A program made the position numbers and the translations under genes. Positions 1-9,043 of a stretch of DNA of 64,000 nt are shown piece after piece. This DNA is from Candidatus Saccharimonadales bacterium (lineage in GTDB: Bacteria; Patescibacteriota; Saccharimonadia; Saccharimonadales; 2-12-FULL-41-12). Position 1 is the first letter of the stretch; each line of letters begins with the position of its first letter. Under the pieces are notes generated by a model. The model saw only the letters and a program-made list of their open reading frames with translations, was not told the DNA's origin and ran no database searches. Where the stretch lies: NCBI GenBank assembly GCA_036276755.1, contig DASUOG010000028.1, forward strand, positions 1,040-65,039. The letters are read 5' to 3'.

Positions 1-426
1 AAAGCTGATTATCAATGCTGCTTCGGCATAAGGGTCAAACAAGCCGCTTATAAAGTTGCCGGAATGCTTGTATGCCAAGTCAATCACCGAATTAAGCAAA
101 CTGCCGAATGAAAACGCCGCGACACCGAGACTTATAAACATGATTATGTATTCCATACCGTAGGTACTGTAAACTTCAGCCACCGGCAGCGGGTGGTCCG
201 GATCCACATTCCAGTTATTGCTTTTATCAGATGCAGGTGTTGCCCCATACGGCGGTTCCGGTCGTGTAAATTGAGCGGGTGCTTCCGTTTTTTGCGGCTC
301 CGTATCTGCAACTGTACGCGGAACAGGTGAGCTTATTATCGTGCTGGGTTCCGGCAACTGAGTTGAATCAGCAGCAGCAGCCTCGTCATTAAACCGAGCA
401 AAGTCTTTAGGCTCGTTATCATTCAT
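1..426 (-). CDS. hypothetical membrane protein, N-terminal part only (ORF open to window edge)
   Basis: ATG at 426 (minus) opens a stop-free frame of 142 codons to position 1 (MNDNEPKDFARFNDEAAAADSTQLPEP...YGMEYIIMFISLGVAAFSFGSLL). Pro/Thr-rich N-terminus, then a hydrophobic helix. Absent from the ORF track because no stop lies in the window. Confidence 0.45.
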   Translation of the reverse strand, partial: MNDNEPKDFARFNDEAAAADSTQLPEPSTIISSPVPRTVADTEPQKTEAPAQFTRPEPPYGATPASDKSNNWNVDPDHPLPVAEVYSTYGMEYIIMFISLGVAAFSFGSLLNSVIDLAYKHSGNFISGLFDPYAEAALIISF

Positions 427-475
427 AGGCAAATGATATGTTAATACGCTTAAGCTTGTCAATTTACAATGACTA

Positions 476-787
476 TTGTCCAGGGGCCGTGAATTATCCT
501 TTACAGGACGAATTTCAGAGACTTCATACTACAATAAATGTATGGCCAGAGAAAAAGCACCGCGCAATGAGACGGCGGCCGAACGGGGCAGCCGGTTTTT
601 CAGAAATCTGAACGCCGTCGGAGCAGTAGCGTTATTCGGAGTCGGTGTCGTCGTGCCCGCCGGAGCGGTAGCTTTCAATACCTTGGCAGCAATCAATGTG
701 GCACAAGTCGGCGGATTCGAAGCCGCGCGAAGACATTTTAAAAAGAAACGACAGAAAAAATTAATATCGAAGTCAAAAAAGAGATAA
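476..787 (+). CDS. small hypothetical membrane protein with Lys-rich tail (true start may be ATG at 542)
   Basis: ORF track. Contains a Gly/Ala/Val-rich hydrophobic segment (AVGAVALFGVGVVVPAGAVAF) and a KKKRQKK tail. The listed start is TTG; MAREK at 542 is an alternative. No homology recognised. Confidence 0.3.
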   Translation: MSRGRELSFTGRISETSYYNKCMAREKAPRNETAAERGSRFFRNLNAVGAVALFGVGVVVPAGAVAFNTLAAINVAQVGGFEAARRHFKKKRQKKLISKSKKR

Positions 788-866
788 AGCTTGGAATCGC
801 ATAAGCACTTTACGTCGCAATTTACTAAAAATACATCATAAAAGATATACGGAGTATAATTAGTTC

Positions 867-1427
867 GTGATTTTAGTCATCGACAACTACGATTCGTTCA
901 CTTATAACCTTGTCCAACAGATTGAAACCCTGGGACATACCTGCCAGGTTTTCGCCAACGATAAGATAGCCTTGGCCGATATTGCCGAAAGGCAGCCGGA
1001 AAAAATAGTAATATCGCCGGGCCCCGGCGGTCCTGCCCGTGCCGGAATTTCAAGCGATGTTATCAAGTATTTTTATAAATCGACGCCGATATTGGGAGTC
1101 TGTCTGGGGCATCAGTGCATCGGTATGAATTTCGGGTCTGAGCTGACCCACGCCAAACAAATAATGCACGGCAAGGTTTCCCGGATCCGCCATGAAGGCA
1201 CAAAATTATTCAAAGGCTTACCTTCGCCCCTGAACGCCGCCAGGTACCACTCTCTGGCCCTCAAGGACGTGAGTGATCCGTTGCGTTTGACCGCCAGTGC
1301 CGACGACGGTACCCCCATGGCGCTTGAGCACCGCGATTATCCTCTATATGGCGTGCAGTTCCACCCCGAATCATTTTTGACACCATACGGCAACAAAATA
1401 ATCGAAAACTTTCTAAATATCAGATGA
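867..1427 (+). CDS. pabA: glutamine amidotransferase component II of aminodeoxychorismate/anthranilate synthase
   Basis: Class-I GATase signatures: N-terminal ILVIDNYDSFTYNL, nucleophile elbow GVCLGHQ, C-terminal GVQFHPES. GTG start with GGAG upstream. Overlaps the next gene by 4 nt. Confidence 0.85.
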   Translation: MILVIDNYDSFTYNLVQQIETLGHTCQVFANDKIALADIAERQPEKIVISPGPGGPARAGISSDVIKYFYKSTPILGVCLGHQCIGMNFGSELTHAKQIMHGKVSRIRHEGTKLFKGLPSPLNAARYHSLALKDVSDPLRLTASADDGTPMALEHRDYPLYGVQFHPESFLTPYGNKIIENFLNIR

Positions 1428-2674
1428 AGACCAAGCCAGTAATCACAAAACATAGGTTGAGCGGTCTACTAACCAGACTTACTTCGGATGTCCGGGGTGT
1501 CTGTCTTTTAACAGGTTCTGCAGGAGGGTGGAAAAAGCGGCTGGCCTGGGACCCCTGCGATAGTCATTCCATCGACACCGGTAGCAGCTTAGACAACAGC
1601 GTTTTCGAATTCATCGGTAAGCACCAAGCCCTCAATAACCTGATAGTGGGATTCGTTAGTTATAACTTAGGCTACGGATTGCACGGCCTCAAACCGACCA
1701 AGCCCGATGTTTTAAATTTACCGAATATAGCGCTATACGCCTATGACAACTATTTGGAAGAAGTGGGCGGGAAAGTTTATGCAAAATATACACATGATGA
1801 GTTCTTGAAGTCTGTGGAAAATTTGAAAACCTACGCAGACGCTAAAATAACCAACTCCCCTGCCCCTGATTTCCGGCCACAATGGACACGCCGGCAGTAT
1901 TATGAAGCCTTCAGCAAAATAAAACGGCACATTTTCGACGGAGATGTTTATCAGATTAACCTTACCCAAAAGTTGACGGCTGGGTATAACGGCGATTCCC
2001 GGACTTTATTCAGCAATCTGGCAGAAAACAATACCGCCAAAATGATGGCATATTTCGAGGGCGAAGACTTCGAGTTGATTAGTATGTCCCCTGAACGATT
2101 TATCCGGACGCGTGGCCAGGTCATTGAAACTTTCCCGATCAAAGGCACCCGGCGCCGGGGCAAGGACAAGGCCGCCGATAGACACAACAAGAAAGCTCTG
2201 CTGGCAGACGAAAAAGAAAAGGCGGAATTGAATATGATAACCGACTTACTGAGAAATGACCTGGGCAAAGTCTGCCGCGCCGGCAGCGTAAACGTCATAA
2301 AAAAACGTGCAGTCGAAGAACTGACTGCCGTGATGCACACTTTTTCCCTTATACGAGGTGAGCTGGGTAGGAACGTATCGCCGGCGGAAGCATTGTTTTC
2401 GATGTTCCCGGGCGGTTCTGTAACCGGTTGTCCGAAAAGAAAGGCAATGGAATTAATAGACGAACTGGAAAGCTCGAACCGGAGTGCTTATTGCGGGAGC
2501 ATAGCCGTAATAGACGGTTCGGGCGACCTGGATTCCAGCATACTTATCAGGACCATCATCCAAAAAAGGAATCAGCTCCATTTATCCGTAGGTGGTGGTA
2601 TAGTTCATGATTCGACAGCCCGAAGCGAATACGCAGAAAGCCTGGATAAAGCCAAATCTTTGATCAGAAGCTGA
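1424..2674 (+). CDS. pabB: aminodeoxychorismate synthase component I (chorismate-binding enzyme)
   Basis: Chorismate-binding motifs: SPERF, PIKGTRRRG, AELNMITDLLRND, GGSVTGCPKRKAMELIDELE, YCGSI, GGGIVHDS. Translationally coupled to pabA. No trpD/C/B/A nearby, so PabB is favoured over TrpE. Confidence 0.8.
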   Translation: MKTKPVITKHRLSGLLTRLTSDVRGVCLLTGSAGGWKKRLAWDPCDSHSIDTGSSLDNSVFEFIGKHQALNNLIVGFVSYNLGYGLHGLKPTKPDVLNLPNIALYAYDNYLEEVGGKVYAKYTHDEFLKSVENLKTYADAKITNSPAPDFRPQWTRRQYYEAFSKIKRHIFDGDVYQINLTQKLTAGYNGDSRTLFSNLAENNTAKMMAYFEGEDFELISMSPERFIRTRGQVIETFPIKGTRRRGKDKAADRHNKKALLADEKEKAELNMITDLLRNDLGKVCRAGSVNVIKKRAVEELTAVMHTFSLIRGELGRNVSPAEALFSMFPGGSVTGCPKRKAMELIDELESSNRSAYCGSIAVIDGSGDLDSSILIRTIIQKRNQLHLSVGGGIVHDSTARSEYAESLDKAKSLIRS

Positions 2675-3707
2675 TGTACGTACGTGTTTTGCTGCGGTCT
2701 TTTATCGAACCTAAGTAATTATTTATGTCCTTGAAGTTGAAGATTATATGGGCACCCTTGATGCTGTCGCCCTTACGCTCGATGTTTTTTACGATCTCAA
2801 GGCCGTAGCCTACGTTTACTACCCCGGAAACTTCCCCCGGTTCAAGATTGAAAAGGGCTTCGACGGTCTGAGGAGAAATATCCCGATTGTTCTTGCTTAC
2901 CAAAAACCCGAATTGTCCGCCTTGTGACTTGGTCGAAGGATCTTCTGAAACATCTTTGGCGACCTTTGCGAAATCTTCGCTGGCATTGATTCTCTTTAGC
3001 GCGTCCTGGGCTTTGGCCTTGGCCTCGGTGTCCAGTTCGGCTATCACTTTCTCGGTTAGTATCTGCTGTTTCAGGCTTCTCTTGAAGTCGCCGACCGACC
3101 AATCCCAGAATTCGCGCAGCACATCTTCGAACTCCTTGTCGGAATTTCCGATACGGTTCTGGCTTTTAATCAGCTCGATACGATCCTCGACTTCTTTGCC
3201 GGAGACTGAAATTCCCCTTTCTTCGGCAATTATCTTGACGTAAGCATCGTTGATAACCTTTTCCATCGCACGCTTTTTAAATTCCTGCAGCTGTTTCTTA
3301 CCTGAATCGCTATTGAAATCAAGGTTCTGTTGAGTTTTGTAGTAATGTTCGTAATGTTTGACTTCGAACAAATAATTCTCATAAGCTACGAAGTCGGAAC
3401 CGATCCGGGCCAGAGGAAAAGGTATTACTTTGGTAACCCGATACAGGAAATAAGAGTCTGATTTAGTCTTATATAAAGCGACCGTACAATAAGCAAGGAA
3501 TGCGAATACGGCGGCCAACACTATCATTGCCGAAATAAATACCAGCCTGTGTTTGGACTGACGCAAAGGATATATATGCTTGCGTCCCGTACCCAGTACT
3601 TCCTCCCGGTGTTCGGCGAGGTTGTCGTTGGTTATTCTCTTGTCCAGAGGCTTATCGGAAGATTTTTTGCGTCTTACTTTATTCAGAATTTTCTTGTGTC
3701 TCTTCAT
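2664..3707 (-). CDS. membrane-anchored SurA/PrsA-like peptidyl-prolyl isomerase (parvulin type)
   Basis: Basic N-terminus, one TM helix (LVFISAMIVLAAVFAFLAYC), a SurA-N-like helical region and a C-terminal parvulin-like block (GGQFGFL...GYGLEIVK). Confidence 0.6.
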   Translation of the reverse strand: MKRHKKILNKVRRKKSSDKPLDKRITNDNLAEHREEVLGTGRKHIYPLRQSKHRLVFISAMIVLAAVFAFLAYCTVALYKTKSDSYFLYRVTKVIPFPLARIGSDFVAYENYLFEVKHYEHYYKTQQNLDFNSDSGKKQLQEFKKRAMEKVINDAYVKIIAEERGISVSGKEVEDRIELIKSQNRIGNSDKEFEDVLREFWDWSVGDFKRSLKQQILTEKVIAELDTEAKAKAQDALKRINASEDFAKVAKDVSEDPSTKSQGGQFGFLVSKNNRDISPQTVEALFNLEPGEVSGVVNVGYGLEIVKNIERKGDSIKGAHIIFNFKDINNYLGSIKDRSKTRTYISF

Positions 3708-4230
3708 CCGGGTCTTGTTCTTTTATTTGTGGCGGTGTGTTGGCGACAATCCCCTTGTCGCGGAGCACCTTTAATATTTTTTGCTGAACTTTTTCGGGAT
3801 GGTGTACGTCGTGAATTACCAAATCACCTACGAAAGTCTGCATCATTATTGTACCAAATCCTAAAACCGTCTGATTGAATCCGGCTACCTCATAATTAAC
3901 CATTTGGATCTGGCTCAAACCTATATCGACTACGCTGCGAGTCCAGAAACCTTTTTGTGAAATCTGAAGCAACCGCTGGTCGGTCACTATGTATACGCTG
4001 TAATACCAGCTTATATAGGAAGGCAGAAAAAACAGAAAACCGATTACGAAACCGGCGGCCAACCCGCCTATCAAATAATTATATTCCGGCTTTAACAGAG
4101 ACGGAACGGTGCCGGCTAAAAGTGCCAGCAGTCCGAGAACCAGTCCTTTGCGCATCACTATCGGGTGTTTGCGGAAGATAAACAGCAGTTCTTCATCATC
4201 AAGCTGATCGGTAAAGTATTTTTCAGCCAT
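3679..4230 (-). CDS. bacterial PH-domain (YdbS/YdbT-like, DUF304) membrane protein
   Basis: Two adjacent TM helices followed by the pattern YIVTDQRLLQI...GFGTIMMQT, typical of bPH_2 proteins. Confidence 0.55.
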   Translation of the reverse strand: MAEKYFTDQLDDEELLFIFRKHPIVMRKGLVLGLLALLAGTVPSLLKPEYNYLIGGLAAGFVIGFLFFLPSYISWYYSVYIVTDQRLLQISQKGFWTRSVVDIGLSQIQMVNYEVAGFNQTVLGFGTIMMQTFVGDLVIHDVHHPEKVQQKILKVLRDKGIVANTPPQIKEQDPDEETQENSE

Positions 4231-4299
4231 ACAGACAGTTTACTCTAGTAATTAATCAGTGTAAAAGCTCATTGCATCAAAGGAATAATAATCAAGACG

Positions 4300-4374
4300 T
4301 GGTGCCCCTATCACGATTCGAACGTGAATCTATTCCTTAGGAGGGAATTGTTCTATCCATTGAACTATAGGGGC
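4300..4374 (-). tRNA. tRNA-Arg (anticodon CCT)
   Basis: Hand-folded cloverleaf on the minus strand: acceptor GCCCCTA/TAGGGGC, D stem GTTC/GAAC, anticodon stem ATTCC/GGAAT with loop CTCCTAA, T stem TCACG/CGTGA with loop TTCGAAT, encoded CCA end. Confidence 0.9.
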
Positions 4375-4427
4375 TGATTTCTGTTGTTAAAAACAGATTA
4401 CAGCATCTAATTATAGAGCAAGCAGGT

Positions 4428-4892
4428 TTAATTTCTTTCGTCTGTTTCGTAAATATGTACGTATTCTGACTTATCATAGTTAAACAGTTCACTGCCCTCG
4501 AAAAACACATTTACTTCGTCTTCTCCGCTCTTTTTGCTGTCGGAAGCATGCACCAGGTTACGGCCCGTACCGATAGCAAAGTCTCCTCGTATGGTTCCAG
4601 CATCGGCCGCCCGGGGATTAGTGGCACCGACGATTATCCGTACAGAATTCACGCACTGGTAACCCTCCCAAGCCATGACAACAACCGGAGAGCTCTTCAT
4701 AAATTCTTCCAGCCCCCGATAGAAATCCTTTTCTAAATGCTCCCGGTAATGTTCTTGTAAAAGCTCGTTATTCAGACTTAGCATCTTCAACCCGATAAGC
4801 TTTAACCCCTTCATTTCCAGTCGACGAATAATCTCTCCGACCAATCCTCGTTGAACCGCATCAGGCTTGGCAATAATCAATGTTTTTTCCAA
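4428..4892 (-). CDS. ndk: nucleoside diphosphate kinase
   Basis: MEKTLIIAKPDAVQRGLVGEIIRRLEMKGLKLIGLKM plus TIRGDFA and NLVHASDS (active-site His context). TTG start. Confidence 0.95.
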   Translation of the reverse strand: MEKTLIIAKPDAVQRGLVGEIIRRLEMKGLKLIGLKMLSLNNELLQEHYREHLEKDFYRGLEEFMKSSPVVVMAWEGYQCVNSVRIIVGATNPRAADAGTIRGDFAIGTGRNLVHASDSKKSGEDEVNVFFEGSELFNYDKSEYVHIYETDERN

Positions 4893-4983
4893 GATATTTT
4901 TCCTTATTTAATTATTTAGCTCAATTATAACAAAACCACCGGTTATATGTGATAATGGAAAGGCAGGATCAACAAAAACAACA

Positions 4984-5901
4984 ATGCAAGTTTCAAAATT
5001 AAAAACTGACTTCTTGGAATATCTGGAGATCGAACAAAACCGCTCACAGAAGACCATCGCCAATTACGATCATTACCTGACCCGTCTGATTGACTTTGCC
5101 GGAGAAATCGACATAACGGAAATCAGCCCGGAACTTATTCGCAAATGGCGGCTATGGCTTAACCGCTTAGGGACCAATACTTCGGACGAGCTGCATAAGG
5201 CGACGCAAAATTATCATCTTATCGCACTCAGGAGTTTTCTGAAATTCTGTGCCAAACGCGGCATAGATACCCTGCCGGCGGATAAGATCGAACTGGCCAG
5301 AACCAAACGGAGCCAGGTCACCTTTTTAAACGAAGAAGAAGTGGGACGGTTATTAAATCAGCCCGATACTTCAAAAGAGGGTGGTTTACGAGACCGCGCG
5401 ATACTTGAACTGCTATATTCAAGCGGCCTGCGCGTGTCCGAATTAGTCGGCCTTAACAGGGGACATATCAACCTCAAGCATCGCGAATTCATGGTCCGTG
5501 GCAAAGGACAAAAAGACCGACCGATATTTATCAGCGAAGCGGCGGGTGAGTGGATAGAGAGGTACCTATCAAAGCGATCCGACAACTCACCGCCTCTTTT
5601 TACAAGAGTCGGTGGTACCAAAGCGGTAGATCAAACAGGAAACCATCTGAGATTGACGGCCAGAAGCGTGCAAAGGATGGTCGCGCGTTATGCATTGCTG
5701 GCCGGTATAACCAAGCACGTGAGCCCCCACACCCTGCGCCATAGTTTCGCGACCGATCTTCTGATGAACGGTGCCGATTTACGCTCCGTTCAGGCAATGC
5801 TCGGCCACAGCAATATATCGACCACTCAAATTTACACGCATGTTACCGATCCCCATCTCAGAAGTGTGCACGAGAAGTTTCACCGACGTAAATCCGCCTA
5901 G
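4984..5901 (+). CDS. xerC: tyrosine site-specific recombinase XerC/XerD family
   Basis: N-terminal SAM-like core-binding domain (FLEYLEIEQNRSQKTIANY). Catalytic region with LLYSSGLRVSEL, HTLRHSFATDLL and LGHSNISTTQIYTHV (R-H-R-Y residues present). Confidence 0.85.
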   Translation: MQVSKLKTDFLEYLEIEQNRSQKTIANYDHYLTRLIDFAGEIDITEISPELIRKWRLWLNRLGTNTSDELHKATQNYHLIALRSFLKFCAKRGIDTLPADKIELARTKRSQVTFLNEEEVGRLLNQPDTSKEGGLRDRAILELLYSSGLRVSELVGLNRGHINLKHREFMVRGKGQKDRPIFISEAAGEWIERYLSKRSDNSPPLFTRVGGTKAVDQTGNHLRLTARSVQRMVARYALLAGITKHVSPHTLRHSFATDLLMNGADLRSVQAMLGHSNISTTQIYTHVTDPHLRSVHEKFHRRKSA

Positions 5902-6959
5902 CAGTGGTTTTCGCTGGGTGGGAAACCCGGATCGGGCGGAACTATCTCAAGCAATTTGCAAGTGTCATCTCCGCCGGTTTGTATCGCTGCTTCAGTATAT
6001 TCTCTGCTGCTGTAGGTGCTCAACGGATCCCTGACCCGTATTCTCTTAAGGACATCACTGGCCCGGCCGGTCGCATCGATCATCATTTGTGCGTCTATGA
6101 ACTCTATAGCCTCGCCGCTGCCGTCCACCGTACCGGTTACTGAGACTCTGCTCTCTTTATACAAGGACCTCAGGTGCAGTACCAGCCGTTTTTTGCCGAT
6201 ATTGTGTATGGTGAGGGAGCACTGGTTACCGCTGCATCCGCCGCGCCAATTGACGCCTTGTCCGTTGGTACCAAGACCGCTCGAATATTGCGGGGAACCC
6301 GGGCTGGAATTAGGATGGGGTCTGGGCGATAAGAAAGCTGTGAAGTTCTTGGCGACCAAATCACTTCTAGATGTACCGGTGGGATCTATAAGCTCGACCC
6401 GAAGAACACCGGCGTCACAATCGTCGTTTAGGGACGGGGGGAAATTCGCCGAGGGACATCCGGAAAAGTCATGGCTGCCAGTGTTAGGCCTCTTCCAGGT
6501 GACAGTCAGGTCGTCTATCTGATTGGCTGCTTCCTTGTCCTCCAGAGGTATTACCAGCGAATCATTGCCAATCCTCGAAAATTCCAAGGATTCGGGAGTA
6601 GCATCATAAAGCACGCATGAATAACGGTTAACGCTTTCTCCGACCGTGTTCGAATATCCTGGAAACTGTTCATTTCCTATCGCACCGTCGATGCCATCAC
6701 ACGAAGTCTTTTCTTCGGAAGCAGGGTTTATGGGATCCTCAAAATTATTTAGATAATAATCGCGCGCATCGTTGATACCGGATTCGGCGGCATAAAACGC
6801 CTGGCTGTTCAGCTGTCGGTCCAAGGCTTGTTTTTGTTCCCTGTTGGCAGTTTTGGTCATCGACACTACGATAAGCGAAAGCAAGGTCATTATCAGTATT
6901 ACGATTACCATGGATGCCATGCCTTTTTGGTTTTTGACAAGTGTTTCTTTTTTGTGCAT
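5898..6959 (-). CDS. PilX-like minor pilin / pilus-associated protein
   Basis: N-terminal hydrophobic segment MASMVIVILIMTLLSLIVVSMTK, then QAFYAAESGINDARDYY, the PilX N-terminal pattern. Last gene of the pilus block. Confidence 0.55.
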   Translation of the reverse strand: MHKKETLVKNQKGMASMVIVILIMTLLSLIVVSMTKTANREQKQALDRQLNSQAFYAAESGINDARDYYLNNFEDPINPASEEKTSCDGIDGAIGNEQFPGYSNTVGESVNRYSCVLYDATPESLEFSRIGNDSLVIPLEDKEAANQIDDLTVTWKRPNTGSHDFSGCPSANFPPSLNDDCDAGVLRVELIDPTGTSRSDLVAKNFTAFLSPRPHPNSSPGSPQYSSGLGTNGQGVNWRGGCSGNQCSLTIHNIGKKRLVLHLRSLYKESRVSVTGTVDGSGEAIEFIDAQMMIDATGRASDVLKRIRVRDPLSTYSSREYTEAAIQTGGDDTCKLLEIVPPDPGFPPSENHC

Positions 6960-6982
6960 AGGCTATTGTTTAATACTTATGG

Positions 6983-7642
6983 TTATTCTACACGAGAAGT
7001 TACAGTGGTTTCAAGCCCGGCTACGGCACAGAATTCATTACCGGCTAAGGCAAATTTGCATAATGCGCCAGCAATTACCGGCTCTTCCGGCGGATCGACC
7101 GGGTCATTCCAGCCAACAGGGCTGCCGGTATCATCATAAATGGTAAGTAAATCGTTATCGCCGTAAGCTATCCTTATCACCACCCGGAAAGGGTCGGCAT
7201 TTGAGACCTCGAATTGAAGCAATCGCATATTGTCTCCAAGTAACTCCGTACCGCCTGTAAAATCACCGGGTTCGCACGTACTTTCCGCCTCGGAAGACCG
7301 CGTATCGCGGTATAAGGCATGTACGCCATCCTCAACCCGTTGATTCAATACGTAGGTATAACGGTCCGAGCCGAAACATCTAGCTTTGATCTCAGACGGT
7401 ATGCCGTCCGCCGGGAACCTGGAAATGGCTTCCTTATTGGAAAATTGCAGTGAACCTGACACGTCATTGATGATCGATCGGGCCGTTTCCTGTACCCTGG
7501 TAGAAGTGACACTCTTGTAGTACGCCCGGCCGATGGCTATCACGCCTACGCTGGTCACGAGCAAGATGAAGCTGAACACGGTGGTAGCTATCATCAATTC
7601 AATTATGGTGAATCCTTTTTGATTTTTCTTCTTCAGCGTCAT
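6983..7642 (-). CDS. prepilin-type N-terminal cleavage/methylation domain protein (minor pilin)
   Basis: Class III signal KG|FTIIELMIATTVFSFILLV with Glu at +5. Confidence 0.75.
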   Translation of the reverse strand: MTLKKKNQKGFTIIELMIATTVFSFILLVTSVGVIAIGRAYYKSVTSTRVQETARSIINDVSGSLQFSNKEAISRFPADGIPSEIKARCFGSDRYTYVLNQRVEDGVHALYRDTRSSEAESTCEPGDFTGGTELLGDNMRLLQFEVSNADPFRVVIRIAYGDNDLLTIYDDTGSPVGWNDPVDPPEEPVIAGALCKFALAGNEFCAVAGLETTVTSRVE

Positions 7643-7687
7643 TCTTACCTATCTTTTGATATTAACTTTAGCATTTTGCAGTAGAAA

Positions 7688-8269
7688 TTACGAACTCCTG
7701 CCTCTTGATGCTGATTGTTCTACCGTATAAATGATGAAACGATATGCCGCCACCGCGAAGGTTATCTGGAAGGCTAATTCCCCGAATATCAAATAGCCTT
7801 TACGGGGGGTCAGATACATCACGGAAAAGATCATCTCCGCCGCCATAAGAACCAGTAACAGCAAGCTGATGATATCTGCCCTGACCCTGAATGCCAGCCA
7901 CCACACTATTAAAAATTGGATGAGGAATAAAAGCGCGCTTAAGATGGTATGTGTATACTCGACGACAAAATCTATGCCATAAGGCACTACTGCTATCGCA
8001 ACCAGCATGAAGCTTATCAGTTTGAAAGCACGTGCCATGGCCCTAGGGGCTTTTTCGGGCAAAGATCCGGCCACTTTGTAGCTGAATAACGCTGTCAACA
8101 GCAACCCCGCGGCGTAAGGCAGAGCTGTAAGCTTATACGCGCTATAATAACTGATGCCGTCATTAGCAAATATCCCTTCGGGTAAGAGAAAAATACATAT
8201 GGATATGCTCAGGAACAGACTTGCCTGCCCAAACACGAAGTATCTAACGGCCTTATGCTTATGCTGCAT
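7688..8269 (-). CDS. polytopic membrane protein of unknown function embedded among minor pilins
   Basis: About 6 predicted hydrophobic helices throughout. No recognisable motif. Sits in line and on the same strand between pilin-like genes. Confidence 0.5.
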   Translation of the reverse strand: MQHKHKAVRYFVFGQASLFLSISICIFLLPEGIFANDGISYYSAYKLTALPYAAGLLLTALFSYKVAGSLPEKAPRAMARAFKLISFMLVAIAVVPYGIDFVVEYTHTILSALLFLIQFLIVWWLAFRVRADIISLLLLVLMAAEMIFSVMYLTPRKGYLIFGELAFQITFAVAAYRFIIYTVEQSASRGRSS

Positions 8270-8272
8270 TTT

Positions 8273-9043
8273 TTAAAAACATATAGCTTTTCCGCAGCTT
8301 GGTGGATTATACTCATCGTTATCTGATGAACCCGAGCACCCGGGGTCAGAGCCGTCAGTCAAGCCATCAAAGTCATCATCAGCTCCGTTGCTGCAAGCCG
8401 GCGGCACGTTGTACTCATCATTATCCAGTGGCCCGGTGCACCCGGGGTCAGAGCCGTCAGTCAAGCCATCAAAGTCATCATCAGCTCCGTTGCTGCAAGC
8501 CGGCGGCGGATTCCATTCGTCGCCGTCATTAGGGCCGGAGCATCCCGGATCGGAACTATCTGTAAAGCCGTCGCCATCGTTGTCAAGCCCGTCGACGCAG
8601 ACCAGGGCGTCCTCGGTTTCAAGGGCGGTAGCCGGTAGCTTATAAGAAAGTTCCACCGACTGATCGGTGTCTGAAGTCAGTGATGGCCAAGTAGTAGTTA
8701 CCGTATAGGTATCCGGAGCGGAAGCGCTTTCGGAGATAGCGATTCTATAACGGCTATCTATACCCTGCTGACATTGGGCGGGAATCGAAGTCGGGCTCTT
8801 ACTGGTGTTAAAACAAGTGTAGCCGGGCCAATCGCCATGGGTTTTCAGATAGCCTCTTAACAGCTCAAGCTGGGCCTCGCTTATTTCCTGTGCTTCTCCC
8901 CGCTCTTGTGATTGCTGGATATATTGGGTATTGCGGTTGGCAAGAGCATAGGAGACGCTTAAGACCAAGCTAAGCACCGCCACAGAGATTAGAACTTCTA
9001 CTATGGTGTCGCCTTTGGTATTAAGTTTTAATTTTTTTAACAT
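8273..9043 (-). CDS. prepilin-type protein with C-terminal Asp-rich Cys-bracketed tandem repeats (putative Ca2+/metal-binding)
   Basis: N-terminus KG|DTIVEVLISVAVLSLVL (N-methylation domain). C-terminus has three repeats CxxGxDDDxDGxTDxSDPGCxG...DNDEYNxPP. Confidence 0.7.
   Translation of the reverse strand: MLKKLKLNTKGDTIVEVLISVAVLSLVLSVSYALANRNTQYIQQSQERGEAQEISEAQLELLRGYLKTHGDWPGYTCFNTSKSPTSIPAQCQQGIDSRYRIAISESASAPDTYTVTTTWPSLTSDTDQSVELSYKLPATALETEDALVCVDGLDNDGDGFTDSSDPGCSGPNDGDEWNPPPACSNGADDDFDGLTDGSDPGCTGPLDNDEYNVPPACSNGADDDFDGLTDGSDPGCSGSSDNDEYNPPSCGKAICF
8336..8507. repeat. in-frame tandem DNA repeat, period 102 nt, with a 70-nt perfect core
   Basis: gcacccggggtcagagccgtcagtcaagccatcaaagtcatcatcagctccgttgctgcaagccggcggc occurs at 8336-8405 and again at 8438-8507. 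It encodes the Asp-rich repeats of the 256-aa pilin-like protein. Confidence 0.9.

Noticed and set aside
4300-5901. tRNA-Arg next to a tyrosine recombinase as a possible integrated-element boundary
   Set aside because: The recombinase has the XerC/D-type N-terminal domain and size. ndk lies between it and the tRNA. I saw no direct repeat of the tRNA 3' end and no phage or conjugation genes nearby. The downstream block is the core T4P machinery.
8336-8507. Regularly spaced perfect repeats that could be mistaken for a CRISPR-like array
   Set aside because: There are only two to three units. The period of 102 nt is in frame inside a coding gene, and the variable parts encode the same protein repeat. 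No cas genes are present.
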